Shown here in pieces: positions 9,467 through 18,445 of a DNA stretch of 64,000 nucleotides. Location: positions 672,001 to 736,000 of the forward strand of contig CAWHAZ010000005.1 in NCBI GenBank assembly GCA_963827475.1. The letters run 5' to 3'. The notes beneath the pieces are model-generated. The model searched no databases. It saw only the letters and a program-made list of their open reading frames with translations, and was not told the DNA's origin. The DNA comes from an uncultured Chloroflexia bacterium (GTDB lineage: Bacteria > Chloroflexota > Limnocylindria > QHBO01). Position numbers and translations under genes: made by a program. Each line of letters begins with the position of its first letter. Positions within the stretch are counted from its first letter, which is position 1.

Positions 9467-10201
9467 GTGGATCCTGCCCGGCCCTCCGCCGACCCATTGC
9501 GCGCCGTGTTCCTCGACGTCGGCGAGACGCTGATGCGTCCCGACCCGACGTGGGAGCACGTCTACGCGCGCGCGCTGGATCGATACGGGGTGGTCGTCGA
9601 CTTCGACGACCTCCAGGCCGCCCTCCGCAAGGTCTACCAGGGCGGCGGCTACGGCTTCGACGGCACCTTCGAGCCCAGCCCGGAGCACAGCCATCGGCGA
9701 CTGGTCGAGATGGACCGACACGCGTTCGATCAGCTCGGCATGGAGCCGTTGCCCGACGAGTTCTTTCTCCACCTCGCCGAGCTCTTCCAGGACCCGGCCA
9801 CCTGGCAGGTGTTCCCCGACGTCCGGCCGGCGTTGGCCGCCCTCAAGGAACGCGGCCTCGTGCTCGGCGCGGTCTCGAACTGGGCCTGGCAGCTGCCCGA
9901 GCTCCTCGACGGGCTGGGCATCGGCCCGTTCCTGGACTTCGTCGCGGCCAGCGCCCGCATCGGATTCGACAAGCCCCATCCCGGCATCTTCGAATGGGCG
10001 CTTGACCGCGCCGGCGTGCCGGCGGCATCGGTCCTGCACGTCGGCGATCACCTGGATGCCGACGTGGCCGGGGCGCGCGGGGTCGGCATCTTTGCCGTCC
10101 TCATCGACCGGCGCGGCCGGTACCAGCCGCCGCCCGACGACGTCCCTGTCCTGACCTCCCTGGACGAGCTGCTCCCCCTGGTGGATGCCCGACTCAGCTG
10201 A
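9467..10201 (+). CDS. HAD-IA family hydrolase
   Basis: FLDVGETL, VSN, KPHPGIF, HVGDHLDADVAGA. Confidence 0.88.
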   Translation: MDPARPSADPLRAVFLDVGETLMRPDPTWEHVYARALDRYGVVVDFDDLQAALRKVYQGGGYGFDGTFEPSPEHSHRRLVEMDRHAFDQLGMEPLPDEFFLHLAELFQDPATWQVFPDVRPALAALKERGLVLGAVSNWAWQLPELLDGLGIGPFLDFVAASARIGFDKPHPGIFEWALDRAGVPAASVLHVGDHLDADVAGARGVGIFAVLIDRRGRYQPPPDDVPVLTSLDELLPLVDARLS

Positions 10202-10787
10202 AACCTGGCGCTGCTTCGTGGCGGTCCCCGTCCCGGACGCCCTCCGCCACGACCTGACGGCCGCGGTCGACGGATGGAAGGGCGAACCCGGCGCCCCAGA
10301 CCTGCGCTGGACCGATCCCGACGGCTGGCATGTCACCCTCGCTTTCCTCGGTGCGACCGATGCAGCGGCCGTGCCCGGGCTCAGCCGGGCGCTCGAATCG
10401 GTGATCGCCGGCCTGCCGCCGTCGTTCTCGCCGCTCCCGATGCGGACGGGAGCGCTCGGCGCCTTCCCGCGAGCGACCGCGGCACAGAGCGTGTGGCTCG
10501 GCATCGACGACTCGAGGCGTGAGCTGGGGGATCTCGCAGATGCCGTGCAGAAGGTCGTCCTCCCGGCCGAGAAATGGCGCCGTCTGCGGCCTCACCTGAC
10601 CCTGGGCCGGAGCCGCGTCCGCCGCGGAGAACCGCTCGACCGGTGGCTCTCGGGCCGGATCTTCCCGACGACCGACTTCGTCGTCCGCGACGTGGTCCTG
10701 TTCCGCAGCCACCTGGGCCGGGGACCGGCTCGCTACGAGGAACTTGCGCGCTTCCCGCTGGGCGGCGCAGGATCGGGGCGTGGCTGA
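10185..10787 (+). CDS. thpR: RNA 2',3'-cyclic phosphodiesterase (2H family)
   Basis: RCFVAV, HVTLAFLG and PHLTLGR motifs. Confidence 0.88.
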   Translation: MPDSAETWRCFVAVPVPDALRHDLTAAVDGWKGEPGAPDLRWTDPDGWHVTLAFLGATDAAAVPGLSRALESVIAGLPPSFSPLPMRTGALGAFPRATAAQSVWLGIDDSRRELGDLADAVQKVVLPAEKWRRLRPHLTLGRSRVRRGEPLDRWLSGRIFPTTDFVVRDVVLFRSHLGRGPARYEELARFPLGGAGSGRG

Positions 10788-11313
10788 CCTCCCGCCCCGC
10801 CTACCGCGTCCTCCGGTGGTCGCGGTCATCGGCGACGGCGACCCCCGGGGGCCGGACGCTCATCGGATCCTCGACTGGGCCGAGGAGGCGGCGCAGCTCC
10901 TCGCCCGCGGCGGCGCCACGGTCGTGACCGGCGGCATGAGCGGCGTGATGCGGGCCGCGTCGCGGGGCGCCGCCGGCGCCGGCGGGCTGACCATCGGCAT
11001 CCTGCCCGGGACTGATCCGGCGGAGGCCAACGAGTACGTGAAGGTGGCGATCCCCACCGGGCTCGGCGTGGTGCGAAACCTGGTGGTCGTCACCGCCGCC
11101 GATGCCGTCCTGGCGGTCGGCGGCCGGCACGGGACGCTGTCGGAGATCGGGCTGGCCCTGCGGATGGGCCGTGAGGTGGTGACCCTCGGGTCGTGGCGGA
11201 TCGAGTCCGACCAGCGCGTCGGCGGCCCGCGCCTGCACCGCGCCCGCGACCCGCGCGAGGCGGCTCAGCTCGCCCTGCGCCTGGCGAAAGCCGGACCGAT
11301 CTCGCCTGCCTGA
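10780..11313 (+). CDS. TIGR00725 / LOG-family nucleotide-binding protein
   Basis: TGGMSGVMRAASRGA, TIGILPG, TGLGVVRN, GGRHGTLSEIGLAL. Confidence 0.85.
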   Translation: MADLPPRLPRPPVVAVIGDGDPRGPDAHRILDWAEEAAQLLARGGATVVTGGMSGVMRAASRGAAGAGGLTIGILPGTDPAEANEYVKVAIPTGLGVVRNLVVVTAADAVLAVGGRHGTLSEIGLALRMGREVVTLGSWRIESDQRVGGPRLHRARDPREAAQLALRLAKAGPISPA

Positions 11314-11324
11314 TCGCGTCGGCT

Positions 11325-12842
11325 CTAGTGGACGAGCCCCCGCTGCTGGAGCTGGTATAGCTTGTTGGGGTCGTATGGCATGTAAAGCTCGCCGTTGCCT
11401 CCGATGTCCCAGGTCCATGAGATGACCTGGACGGCCAGGGTTCCCGACCCTTCGCCGTTCCCTGTGATTTTCACGTCTGCCAAAGGCGCGTAGATCGTTC
11501 CAGCCAAGTCGAGAACACCCTGGCCCACCAGCTCGATCGGTGCCGCCGGGTTCCGGCCCAGCCGGTCCTGCCACATGAGGAGACCGCGCCAAGGTCCACT
11601 TGTCAGGCCCCACATTCGGAGGCTCGACTGCCCGCTCATCTTGATCTGCCCTTGGATGCAGCGAGCCAGAGTGGACGTCGCGCAGTCAGGGTCCATGGTG
11701 TTGTCCGTGCTGAATATGAGGACGCGGGCAGGATAAGCGGACGGATCCGGATCACCGCCGATGGCGTCTGGCGTGCTGTCGATTTCCGCGGATCCGGTGA
11801 TCGTGAGGCCGCCACCAGCGATGATGTATATCCCCGGCAGGAGCTTCACCGTCACGTTTTGGCCCGAGAAGTTCCAGCCGCCCCAGTAGACGCCCGGGGT
11901 GAGGGTAACCGTCGTGTCCTTCGTGTTCCACGAGCATCCAACCGACGTGGGCGTACTTGCAACGTAGACGATCTGATTGCCCTGCTTCTTCGGACAGAAG
12001 CCCGCCGGGTAGTCTTCTTGGCGCGGGCCAATTAGTTGGCTCAACGGATCGCCGATCGGAGTCGCCCCCTCGGTAACAGGCGTGGTGAGCGAGCCGCCGG
12101 ATGCCTGACACGTTCCGTGCACGTAGAGGTGCGGTGCGGTCAGCGATGCGCCTGCATTACCGCCCAGGTGGAATCCGCCGCTCCCGCTGCCGCATGCGTT
12201 GTCGAAGGTTCCGCCTGCGCACGCATCGTTGACATGCACATATCCCCCGCTGAAGGGCTCTTCAGTCTCGGGGTTCTCGACGGGCTCGATGACGATATCG
12301 CCATTCCCGTGCGTCTTTCCCGAGTCGCAGCCATCTGGTCGGAGCGCGACCAGGGAATTCGAGTTGGCGCTGGAAGTCTCGCGGGCGGCAATGGCCCCTG
12401 TCGCGACAAACGCTGTTGACTGCCCGAAAATGCGGCCAAAGAACAGCGGATGCTCGGCGTGGATGACGACCAGCACCATCTCGGGCCGCCCGGAGAATTC
12501 ATCTGCGTGCGGGCCGCTCGGCGGCCACAGGACCTCCAGATCGGCCGTAGCCATCGCATTCGTGCAGTCGCTGTCACCGGTGAAGAACCCGTTCTCTTGC
12601 GCGTAGAAGCAAGCAACGTCGTCCATCTTGGCCTGGACCACCGGGTCACCCGGCCCGGTTGCCTCCAGGATGTAGCGCGCAGCGGCTATAGCGGCGGGGT
12701 CGGCCGCGTTCTGCTCCTGCCGGCGAAGCATCCACGAGAAGCCGAGGTCGAGCACGAGTGCTGCGACGGCGAGAAGACCGAAGAGCGCGAACGCGGTCAT
12801 GACCAACACCTGCCCTCTGTCGTCCGATCGGTGAGTCGTCAT
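11325..12842 (-). CDS. TadG-like pilus-associated protein with a Cys/Gly-rich C-terminal beta domain
   Basis: Prepilin-like RGQVLVMTAF, LVLDLG, QNAADPAAIAAA. C-terminal PGVYWGG/PGIYII and GTIYAP. Confidence 0.8.
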   Translation of the reverse strand: MTTHRSDDRGQVLVMTAFALFGLLAVAALVLDLGFSWMLRRQEQNAADPAAIAAARYILEATGPGDPVVQAKMDDVACFYAQENGFFTGDSDCTNAMATADLEVLWPPSGPHADEFSGRPEMVLVVIHAEHPLFFGRIFGQSTAFVATGAIAARETSSANSNSLVALRPDGCDSGKTHGNGDIVIEPVENPETEEPFSGGYVHVNDACAGGTFDNACGSGSGGFHLGGNAGASLTAPHLYVHGTCQASGGSLTTPVTEGATPIGDPLSQLIGPRQEDYPAGFCPKKQGNQIVYVASTPTSVGCSWNTKDTTVTLTPGVYWGGWNFSGQNVTVKLLPGIYIIAGGGLTITGSAEIDSTPDAIGGDPDPSAYPARVLIFSTDNTMDPDCATSTLARCIQGQIKMSGQSSLRMWGLTSGPWRGLLMWQDRLGRNPAAPIELVGQGVLDLAGTIYAPLADVKITGNGEGSGTLAVQVISWTWDIGGNGELYMPYDPNKLYQLQQRGLVH

Positions 12843-12853
12843 CGACACTCGTC

Positions 12854-13534
12854 CTATTGCTGGTGGTGCATGGCTTCGGTGATTTCCGCGCGCATGGTGA
12901 TACCGCCTCCCAGCAGATCGGTGATGAACGGCGGCGCCCAGATGTAGCAGGCATAGATCGTGACCTGGTTTGCGGCGGATTGCTGGGGACTTGAAACGGC
13001 GAGGTTGCTCGCTTGGTCGTCGGAGAGGCTCGTGAGCGGGGGCGGACACCCGAGGGCGGAGCTATTGGTCCGGGGATCGACTCCGCCAATAGTGCATTCG
13101 CGGAACTCGTTGACAACCCCATCGGGGCCAAGCGGCGCCGCGTCCCAAGCCATCGGAGTGTCATCCCAATAGCCCGACCAGCACGCGGCGAAATGGACCT
13201 GGCTGGTGTCCAGGCCCCAGATCATGGCGCGAGCGTGGGCCGTCATTTTGGGCCAGCGCAGGGTGGGAGGGTCACACTCAAACCATGTTTCCTGATCGAT
13301 TTCCGGCCCGACGCGGCTCCACTGCGGTTCGCGGTTGGAAGTCGTGGGGCACTGGGAGGTGGCACTGTGAATCGCCGCATACCGAGCCGCCTCGCGTGCG
13401 GCGTTCGTGAGTTGCTGCTGGTAGAAGACGCCGATCCCCAGGGTGAAGATCGCCACCAGCGTGACGACGAACAGCGGGGCAACCAGAGCAAATTCCACGA
13501 GGGCCTGCCCGCGGGAGTCACGTGATCGCTTCAT
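12854..13534 (-). CDS. TadE-family pseudopilin
   Basis: RGQALVEFALVAPL...LTNAAREAARYAA. Confidence 0.88.
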   Translation of the reverse strand: MKRSRDSRGQALVEFALVAPLFVVTLVAIFTLGIGVFYQQQLTNAAREAARYAAIHSATSQCPTTSNREPQWSRVGPEIDQETWFECDPPTLRWPKMTAHARAMIWGLDTSQVHFAACWSGYWDDTPMAWDAAPLGPDGVVNEFRECTIGGVDPRTNSSALGCPPPLTSLSDDQASNLAVSSPQQSAANQVTIYACYIWAPPFITDLLGGGITMRAEITEAMHHQQ

Positions 13535-14379
13535 CAGTTCGGGCTCCCGCTCGCCTCGGCCGACGGCTCCGCGGAAGCCTCGGGGCTTGGCGTCGGCAGC
13601 TCTTCCGATGAGGGTGCAGGTGGGGGCGTCGGCGGCTCGGGAGTCGCGGGCGGAGGATCGAATCCGATGGCGAAGGTGTGGTCCGCTTTGAGGAAGATAT
13701 CCCCGATAGATAGGAACTCATACAGCGTTGTGAATTGGTAGCAGACCCTTACTTCGACGTACCGGGTCTCCAGCGGGTCCGGACCCGCCTCGACGAACGC
13801 GATCGAGTTGTTGGGAGGCGGACGAAGATTGCTGCAGGGATCATCGGCGGGGATCGTCTCGCCGTACGCGGCGTATGCACAGAACGGATCGACACCGTCA
13901 TGGACGCAGACCATGATGAGCGGCACCGACTGGGGGTCATCCGGCGAGCTCGGGTCCTCTTCGAAGCACATCTCCTCGTTCGGGGCTGTGAGCGGGTCGT
14001 CGGGAACGTAGGTCGTGTTCGGTAGCAGGCGTAGCTCGCGGCATGCGACTTGCGCGGCGAGAGCGTGGAGGGCTGCGTAATAGGCGACCCCGTTGTAGTC
14101 GGGGTCGCCCAGCCGCGGGGCGGGGTCCGTCATCGGCCGCGGTGGGCTCCCAGGGGGATTGCGGAGGTAATCCTGGGCGGCAACCTCGGCCGCGTTTCGA
14201 GTCCCGGCCTCGAATCGTGATGGCGGCCGAGAAGACGCGACCGAAGTCGGCGATGGCGAGAAGGATGACGAGCAGGAGCGGAAGCACAGTGCGAACTCGA
14301 CCAGGGACTGGCCTCCCGGCTCTGCACGCGACCCGCCTCGCTTCTCCCTGCGAACGGGTGGTCCTCGCAGCGTGGGCAC
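13534..14379 (-). CDS. TadE-family pseudopilin with a Pro-rich tail; two compensating frameshifts near 14215-14290; start uncertain
   Basis: GQSLVEFAL in one frame, VLPLLLVILLAIADFGRVF in another, then EAGTRNAAEVAA back in the first frame. Confidence 0.75.
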   Translation of the reverse strand: MPTLRGPPVRREKRGGSRAEPGGQSLVEFALCFRSCSSSFSPSPTSVASSRPPSRFEAGTRNAAEVAAQDYLRNPPGSPPRPMTDPAPRLGDPDYNGVAYYAALHALAAQVACRELRLLPNTTYVPDDPLTAPNEEMCFEEDPSSPDDPQSVPLIMVCVHDGVDPFCAYAAYGETIPADDPCSNLRPPPNNSIAFVEAGPDPLETRYVEVRVCYQFTTLYEFLSIGDIFLKADHTFAIGFDPPPATPEPPTPPPAPSSEELPTPSPEASAEPSAEASGSPN

Positions 14380-14420
14380 CTCCGCTACGCTTTCCCCGGT
14401 ATCGCCGGAGCGGAGGGACT

Positions 14421-14510
14421 TTCGTACTTCCGCTGACGAGTACGAATGGCGGGCACGGAGTGTAGGCCGATCCACCTTGCAGGGCACCTTGCAGAACCGC
14501 CCCGAACCGC
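14421..14510. promoter_or_regulatory. Candidate operator region upstream of the tad cassette
   Basis: Inverted repeat TTCGTACT-N10-AGTACGAA (14421-14446). Direct repeats CACCTTGCAG x2 (14473, 14485) and GAACCGC x2 (14494, 14504). Confidence 0.45.
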
Positions 14511-14554
14511 ACCTCCGGCGCGCGGCTGCACCACTATTTGAGCGTGTTTGACCG

Positions 14555-15154
14555 ATGACCGAGCGCGTGCTGGTGCTTCCCCGCGAGGACGTCCCGGGCG
14601 GATGCGACTACACGGGACTCCGGCCGTTCGAGGGCAACCAGATGGCCGATCTGCTGGACGCCGTCGCGCGAACGGGCCGCTGGATGGATCGCGCGGCCGC
14701 CGAGACCGACCCAACCCACAAGCAGCTGATTCCGTATGTCGTCGTCCGGGACGGGGAGCGGGCCTTCCTGATGGAGCGGACGGCGGCCGGCGGCGACGCC
14801 CGCCTGCACCATCGGGCCACGATCGGCGTCGGTGGCCACGTCAATCCGGTGGACGACGGCCAGGATCCGATCGCGACCGGGCTGCGGCGCGAGTGGGTCG
14901 AGGAGATCGAGGCCGACTGGGACCCGCACTTCGAGCCCATCGGTCTGCTGAACGACGATCGAAACCCCGTGGGCGCCGTGCACCTCGGTCTCGTCTACGA
15001 GGTCGAGGCCGCCGGTCGACCGTTCTCGGTGCGGGAGCACGAGAAGCTGTCCGGACGCCTGGCCAGCGCCGACGAGATCCGGGCGGCGTGGGATCGGATG
15101 GAGTCGTGGTCGCAGCTCGTGGTCCGCGCGCTCTGGGGGCCCTCGACCGGCTGA
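14555..15154 (+). CDS. NUDIX-family phosphoesterase
   Basis: AETDPTHKQLIPY, IGVGGHVNP, GLRREWVEEI, VGAVHLG. Confidence 0.85.
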   Translation: MTERVLVLPREDVPGGCDYTGLRPFEGNQMADLLDAVARTGRWMDRAAAETDPTHKQLIPYVVVRDGERAFLMERTAAGGDARLHHRATIGVGGHVNPVDDGQDPIATGLRREWVEEIEADWDPHFEPIGLLNDDRNPVGAVHLGLVYEVEAAGRPFSVREHEKLSGRLASADEIRAAWDRMESWSQLVVRALWGPSTG

Positions 15155-15189
15155 GTGGCACCGCGATGGCCCACGCCTATACTCGAAGC

Positions 15190-16542
15190 GTGGCATCCCT
15201 CCGGCGCGGTGTCCTCGGCGCCCTCGTCCTCGCCGGGCTGGCGGGGTCGGTGCTGGCCGGCCAGGAGCCGGTGGCGGTCCTCGAGCTGACCGGCGTCATC
15301 GACCAGGTCAACGCGAGCTACATCGAAGAGGGGATCGCGGCGGCCGACGAGGCCGGTGCGGTGGCCGTGCTCATCGAGATCGACTCGCCCGGCGGGGAGC
15401 TCACCAGCACCGACCGGATCGAGAAGGCCATCCTCAACAGCCCGATCCCGGTCATCACCTGGGTCACGCCTTCAGGCGGGCAGGCCGCGTCGGCGGCAAC
15501 GTTCATCACGCTCGCCGGCGATGTCGCCGCGATGGCGCCGCTGACCACCATCGGATCGGCCTCCGTCGTCGGATCGGGCGGGGAGGAGCTGCCGCCGACC
15601 ATCGCGGCCAAGATCACGAACGACCTGGTGGCGAACATCCGGGGCCTGGCCGAGGCCCACGGCCGCAACGCGGACTGGGCCGAGTCGGCGGTCCGCGACG
15701 CGGCCAACGTCGGTGCCGAGGACGCGGTCGAGATGGAGCCTCCGGTCGTCGACATCCTGGCCGAGACGACCGAGGAGCTGTTCGCGGCCGTCGACACCGG
15801 GGAGCGAGCGGACGGCTATGCCTACCACTTCAACGGCGAGCCGCTGCCCGAGCTCAGCGGCCGCCAGCTGATGCCGATCGGCATGAACGTGGGCCAGGAG
15901 CTCATTCACCTCCTCAGCGACCCGAACATCGCGTTCCTGCTGTTCAACATCGGCTTCATCGGCATCCTGGCCGAGCTGTACAACCCGAACTTCTTCTCGG
16001 GCATCGTGGGCGCCATCGCCATCGTGCTGGCCTTCATCGGCTCCAACAGCCTCCCGCTCAATATCGGTGGCCTGGTGCTGATCCTGATCGGCATGGGACT
16101 GTTCGCCCTCGAGCTGTTCGTGACCTCCTACGGCCTGCTCACCGTGGCCGGGGTGATCGCCCTCATCCTTGGCGCGGCCGCGCTCTACACCGGCGTCGAC
16201 GGGACCGATGCGATCCAGATCGAGCTGAACCCGATCCTCATCGGCATTCCGATCGTCCTGGCCGTCGGGTTCATCGCTCTCGTGGCCCGCGGGGCCGTCC
16301 AAATGCGCCGCCGCGCGGCGCCGACACAGCCCATGCTTGCCCTCGTCGGTGCGGACGGCACGGCCGAAACGCCGATCGCGCCGACCGGCATTGCCCACGC
16401 ACAGGGAGAGACGTGGACGGCGCGGAGCCGGCAGGGATCCATCCGGCCCGGGGAGGCGCTCCGCGTGGTCGGCGTTGACGGACTCGAGCTGATCGTCGAG
16501 CCGGCCGGAAGCCGGTCCGACCACCCCACCGAAGAGGAGTAA
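15190..16542 (+). CDS. nfeD: Long-form NfeD membrane protease
   Basis: IDSPGG, AASAATFI, MAPLTTIGSA, TM region, C-terminal OB fold GETWTARS. TATACT 6 nt before GTG 15190. Confidence 0.88.
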   Translation: MASLRRGVLGALVLAGLAGSVLAGQEPVAVLELTGVIDQVNASYIEEGIAAADEAGAVAVLIEIDSPGGELTSTDRIEKAILNSPIPVITWVTPSGGQAASAATFITLAGDVAAMAPLTTIGSASVVGSGGEELPPTIAAKITNDLVANIRGLAEAHGRNADWAESAVRDAANVGAEDAVEMEPPVVDILAETTEELFAAVDTGERADGYAYHFNGEPLPELSGRQLMPIGMNVGQELIHLLSDPNIAFLLFNIGFIGILAELYNPNFFSGIVGAIAIVLAFIGSNSLPLNIGGLVLILIGMGLFALELFVTSYGLLTVAGVIALILGAAALYTGVDGTDAIQIELNPILIGIPIVLAVGFIALVARGAVQMRRRAAPTQPMLALVGADGTAETPIAPTGIAHAQGETWTARSRQGSIRPGEALRVVGVDGLELIVEPAGSRSDHPTEEE

Positions 16543-16545
16543 CCG

Positions 16546-17454
16546 ATGGAAGTCCTGATCCCGATCGCGCTGGTGATCATCGCCCTGGCCCTGCTCTTGT
16601 GGCTGATCTTCAGCATCGTCCACGTTGTCCGCGAGTACGAGCGGCTGGTGGTGTTCTTCTTCGGGCGGCTGCAGGGCGCCCAGGGCCCGGGTCTCGTCCT
16701 GCTCATCCCGATCGTCCAGCAGGCCGTCAAGGTCGATCTCCGGGAGAGCTTCCTCGAGATCCCCCAGCAAAGCTGCATCACGAAGGACAACGCCCCGATC
16801 AGCATCGACTTCCTCGTCTACTCCAAGGTGTTCGAGCCGATGATCACCGTCACCGCGGTGACCGATTTCACGGGCGCCTCCCAGGCCCTGGCGGCGACCA
16901 CCCTGCGGGCCGTGATCGGCGACATTCCGCTCGACGACGTGCTGGCCAAGCGGGAGGAGATCAACCACATCCTGCGCGCCAAGCTCGACGAGGTGACCGA
17001 GCGCTGGGGCGTGAAGATCACCAGCGTCGAGATCCGGGAAATTCAACCACCACGCGACATCCAGGACGCGATGAACCGCCAGATGAGCGCGGAGCGGAAC
17101 CGACGTGCCGTGATCACCGAGTCGGAGGGCACCCGGCAGGCCTCGATCAACGTCGCCGAGGGCGACAAGCAGAGCACCGTCCTGCGGGCCGAGGGCGACA
17201 AGCAGAGCGCCATCCTGCGGGCCGAAGGTGAGCGGCAGGCCCAGGCACTGCGGGCCGAGGGCTACGGCACGGCGTTGACCACGATCTTCGGCGCCGCCAG
17301 CGGGGTGGACGAGAAGACGATGCAGATCCAGTACCTCGAGGTCCTCCGCGCGCTTGCCTCCTCCGAGAGCAAGACCTGGATCGTCCCGATGGAGGTCACC
17401 GAGCTGACCCGCCGCATCGGCGCCACGCTCGGCGTCGGGAGCACCGAGCCCTGA
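16546..17454 (+). CDS. SPFH/stomatin-like protein
   Basis: VREYERLVVF, ITKDNA, TTLRAVIG, WGVKITSVEI. GAGGAG RBS. Paired with nfeD. Confidence 0.92.
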   Translation: MEVLIPIALVIIALALLLWLIFSIVHVVREYERLVVFFFGRLQGAQGPGLVLLIPIVQQAVKVDLRESFLEIPQQSCITKDNAPISIDFLVYSKVFEPMITVTAVTDFTGASQALAATTLRAVIGDIPLDDVLAKREEINHILRAKLDEVTERWGVKITSVEIREIQPPRDIQDAMNRQMSAERNRRAVITESEGTRQASINVAEGDKQSTVLRAEGDKQSAILRAEGERQAQALRAEGYGTALTTIFGAASGVDEKTMQIQYLEVLRALASSESKTWIVPMEVTELTRRIGATLGVGSTEP

Positions 17455-18383
17455 GCCGGTCAGGCGGCTCACGGGGCCGCGGCCTGCTGGCCGCCCTCGG
17501 CGGGCTCGTCGGCGCGCTGACCGCCGGCTACCTGGGCTACCTGGGGGTCGTCGGCTCGCGGCGGGTGGTGACGCCAGTCATTCACCCAGAGGACGAGATC
17601 GCCGACCTGCCGCGGTCACCGGCGGAGCTCGGCCTGCCCCACGAGGCGGTTCGGTTCACGACCGATGACGGAGTCACCCTCGACGGGTGGCTGATCCCCG
17701 CGGCGCGCGACACCCGGGCGGCCGTGATCCTCCTCCACGGCTTCTCATGGCATCGCGTGCCCTGGCTCTCGCTCTTCGTGCCCTGGCTCCGGGAGCGGTA
17801 CCACGTCCTCCAGTTCGACTTCCGCGGCCATGGCGCATCGGACCCGGCGGCGACCACCCTGGGCTCGGCCGAGCGACGGGACGTGGCCGCCGCTGTTCGC
17901 CTGCTCGAGGGCCGGGGTCTCGGCCCGATCGCCCTGTACGGGATCAGCATGGGCGGGGCGACGGCCATCCTCGCCGCGCCCGACCTGCCGGTCGCCGCGG
18001 TCGTGGCCGATGCGGCCTACGCCGACATCCGGCACCCGATCGCGAACCGGATGCGCGAGCAGCGACTTCCCCTGCCCGGACTGGGGTCGTGGCTGGTCGT
18101 CGCCGGCGCCGCGCTGCGGGCACGGACCCGGTTCCTGTCGCCGGTCGATCGGGTCGCCGACGTCGCACCCCGGGGCCTCCTCCTCATTGCCCCGCGCGAC
18201 GACAAGCTCGTCAGCTGGAGGCAATCGGTGAGCCTGTACGAGGCGGCCGGAGAGCCGAAGGACCTGTACGTCGTCGAGGGTGCGGCGCACGGGGAAGCGC
18301 GAGTGGTGGGCGGGGCGGAGTACGTGCGCCGGGTGCTCGCGTTCCTCGACACCTATCTGGAGCGACCGGGCAGCCGACTATAA
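17451..18383 (+). CDS. Membrane-anchored alpha/beta hydrolase (start CTG 17451 or GTG 17565)
   Basis: LLHGF, FDFRGHGAS, GISMGG, GAAH. An in-frame hydrophobic anchor lies upstream of 17565. Confidence 0.82.
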   Translation: MSRSGGSRGRGLLAALGGLVGALTAGYLGYLGVVGSRRVVTPVIHPEDEIADLPRSPAELGLPHEAVRFTTDDGVTLDGWLIPAARDTRAAVILLHGFSWHRVPWLSLFVPWLRERYHVLQFDFRGHGASDPAATTLGSAERRDVAAAVRLLEGRGLGPIALYGISMGGATAILAAPDLPVAAVVADAAYADIRHPIANRMREQRLPLPGLGSWLVVAGAALRARTRFLSPVDRVADVAPRGLLLIAPRDDKLVSWRQSVSLYEAAGEPKDLYVVEGAAHGEARVVGGAEYVRRVLAFLDTYLERPGSRL

Positions 18384-18445
18384 TCCGCCCCGCGCCCGGG
18401 TCGGATGCGGACCTGCCGGACCGGCCGGGGCTCTCGCGAGGCCCC

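Noticed and set aside
9467-11313. HAD-ThpR-LOG trio as an RNA-repair or defence unit with the ATPase and J protein
   Set aside because: These are common housekeeping-type families, and a separate -10 box at 9454 suggests independent transcription. Nothing beyond adjacency links them.
14548-15189. Long N-terminal extensions on nfeD (and on the receiver-CpaE ORF from 17687)
   Set aside because: They overlap the bona fide NUDIX and hydrolase genes in other frames. Better starts with -10 boxes lie at 15190 and 18446.
17155-17225. Direct repeat GCCGAGGGCGACAAGCAGAGC
   Set aside because: It encodes the AEGDKQS coiled-coil repeats typical of stomatin-like proteins and is not a CRISPR or DNA element.
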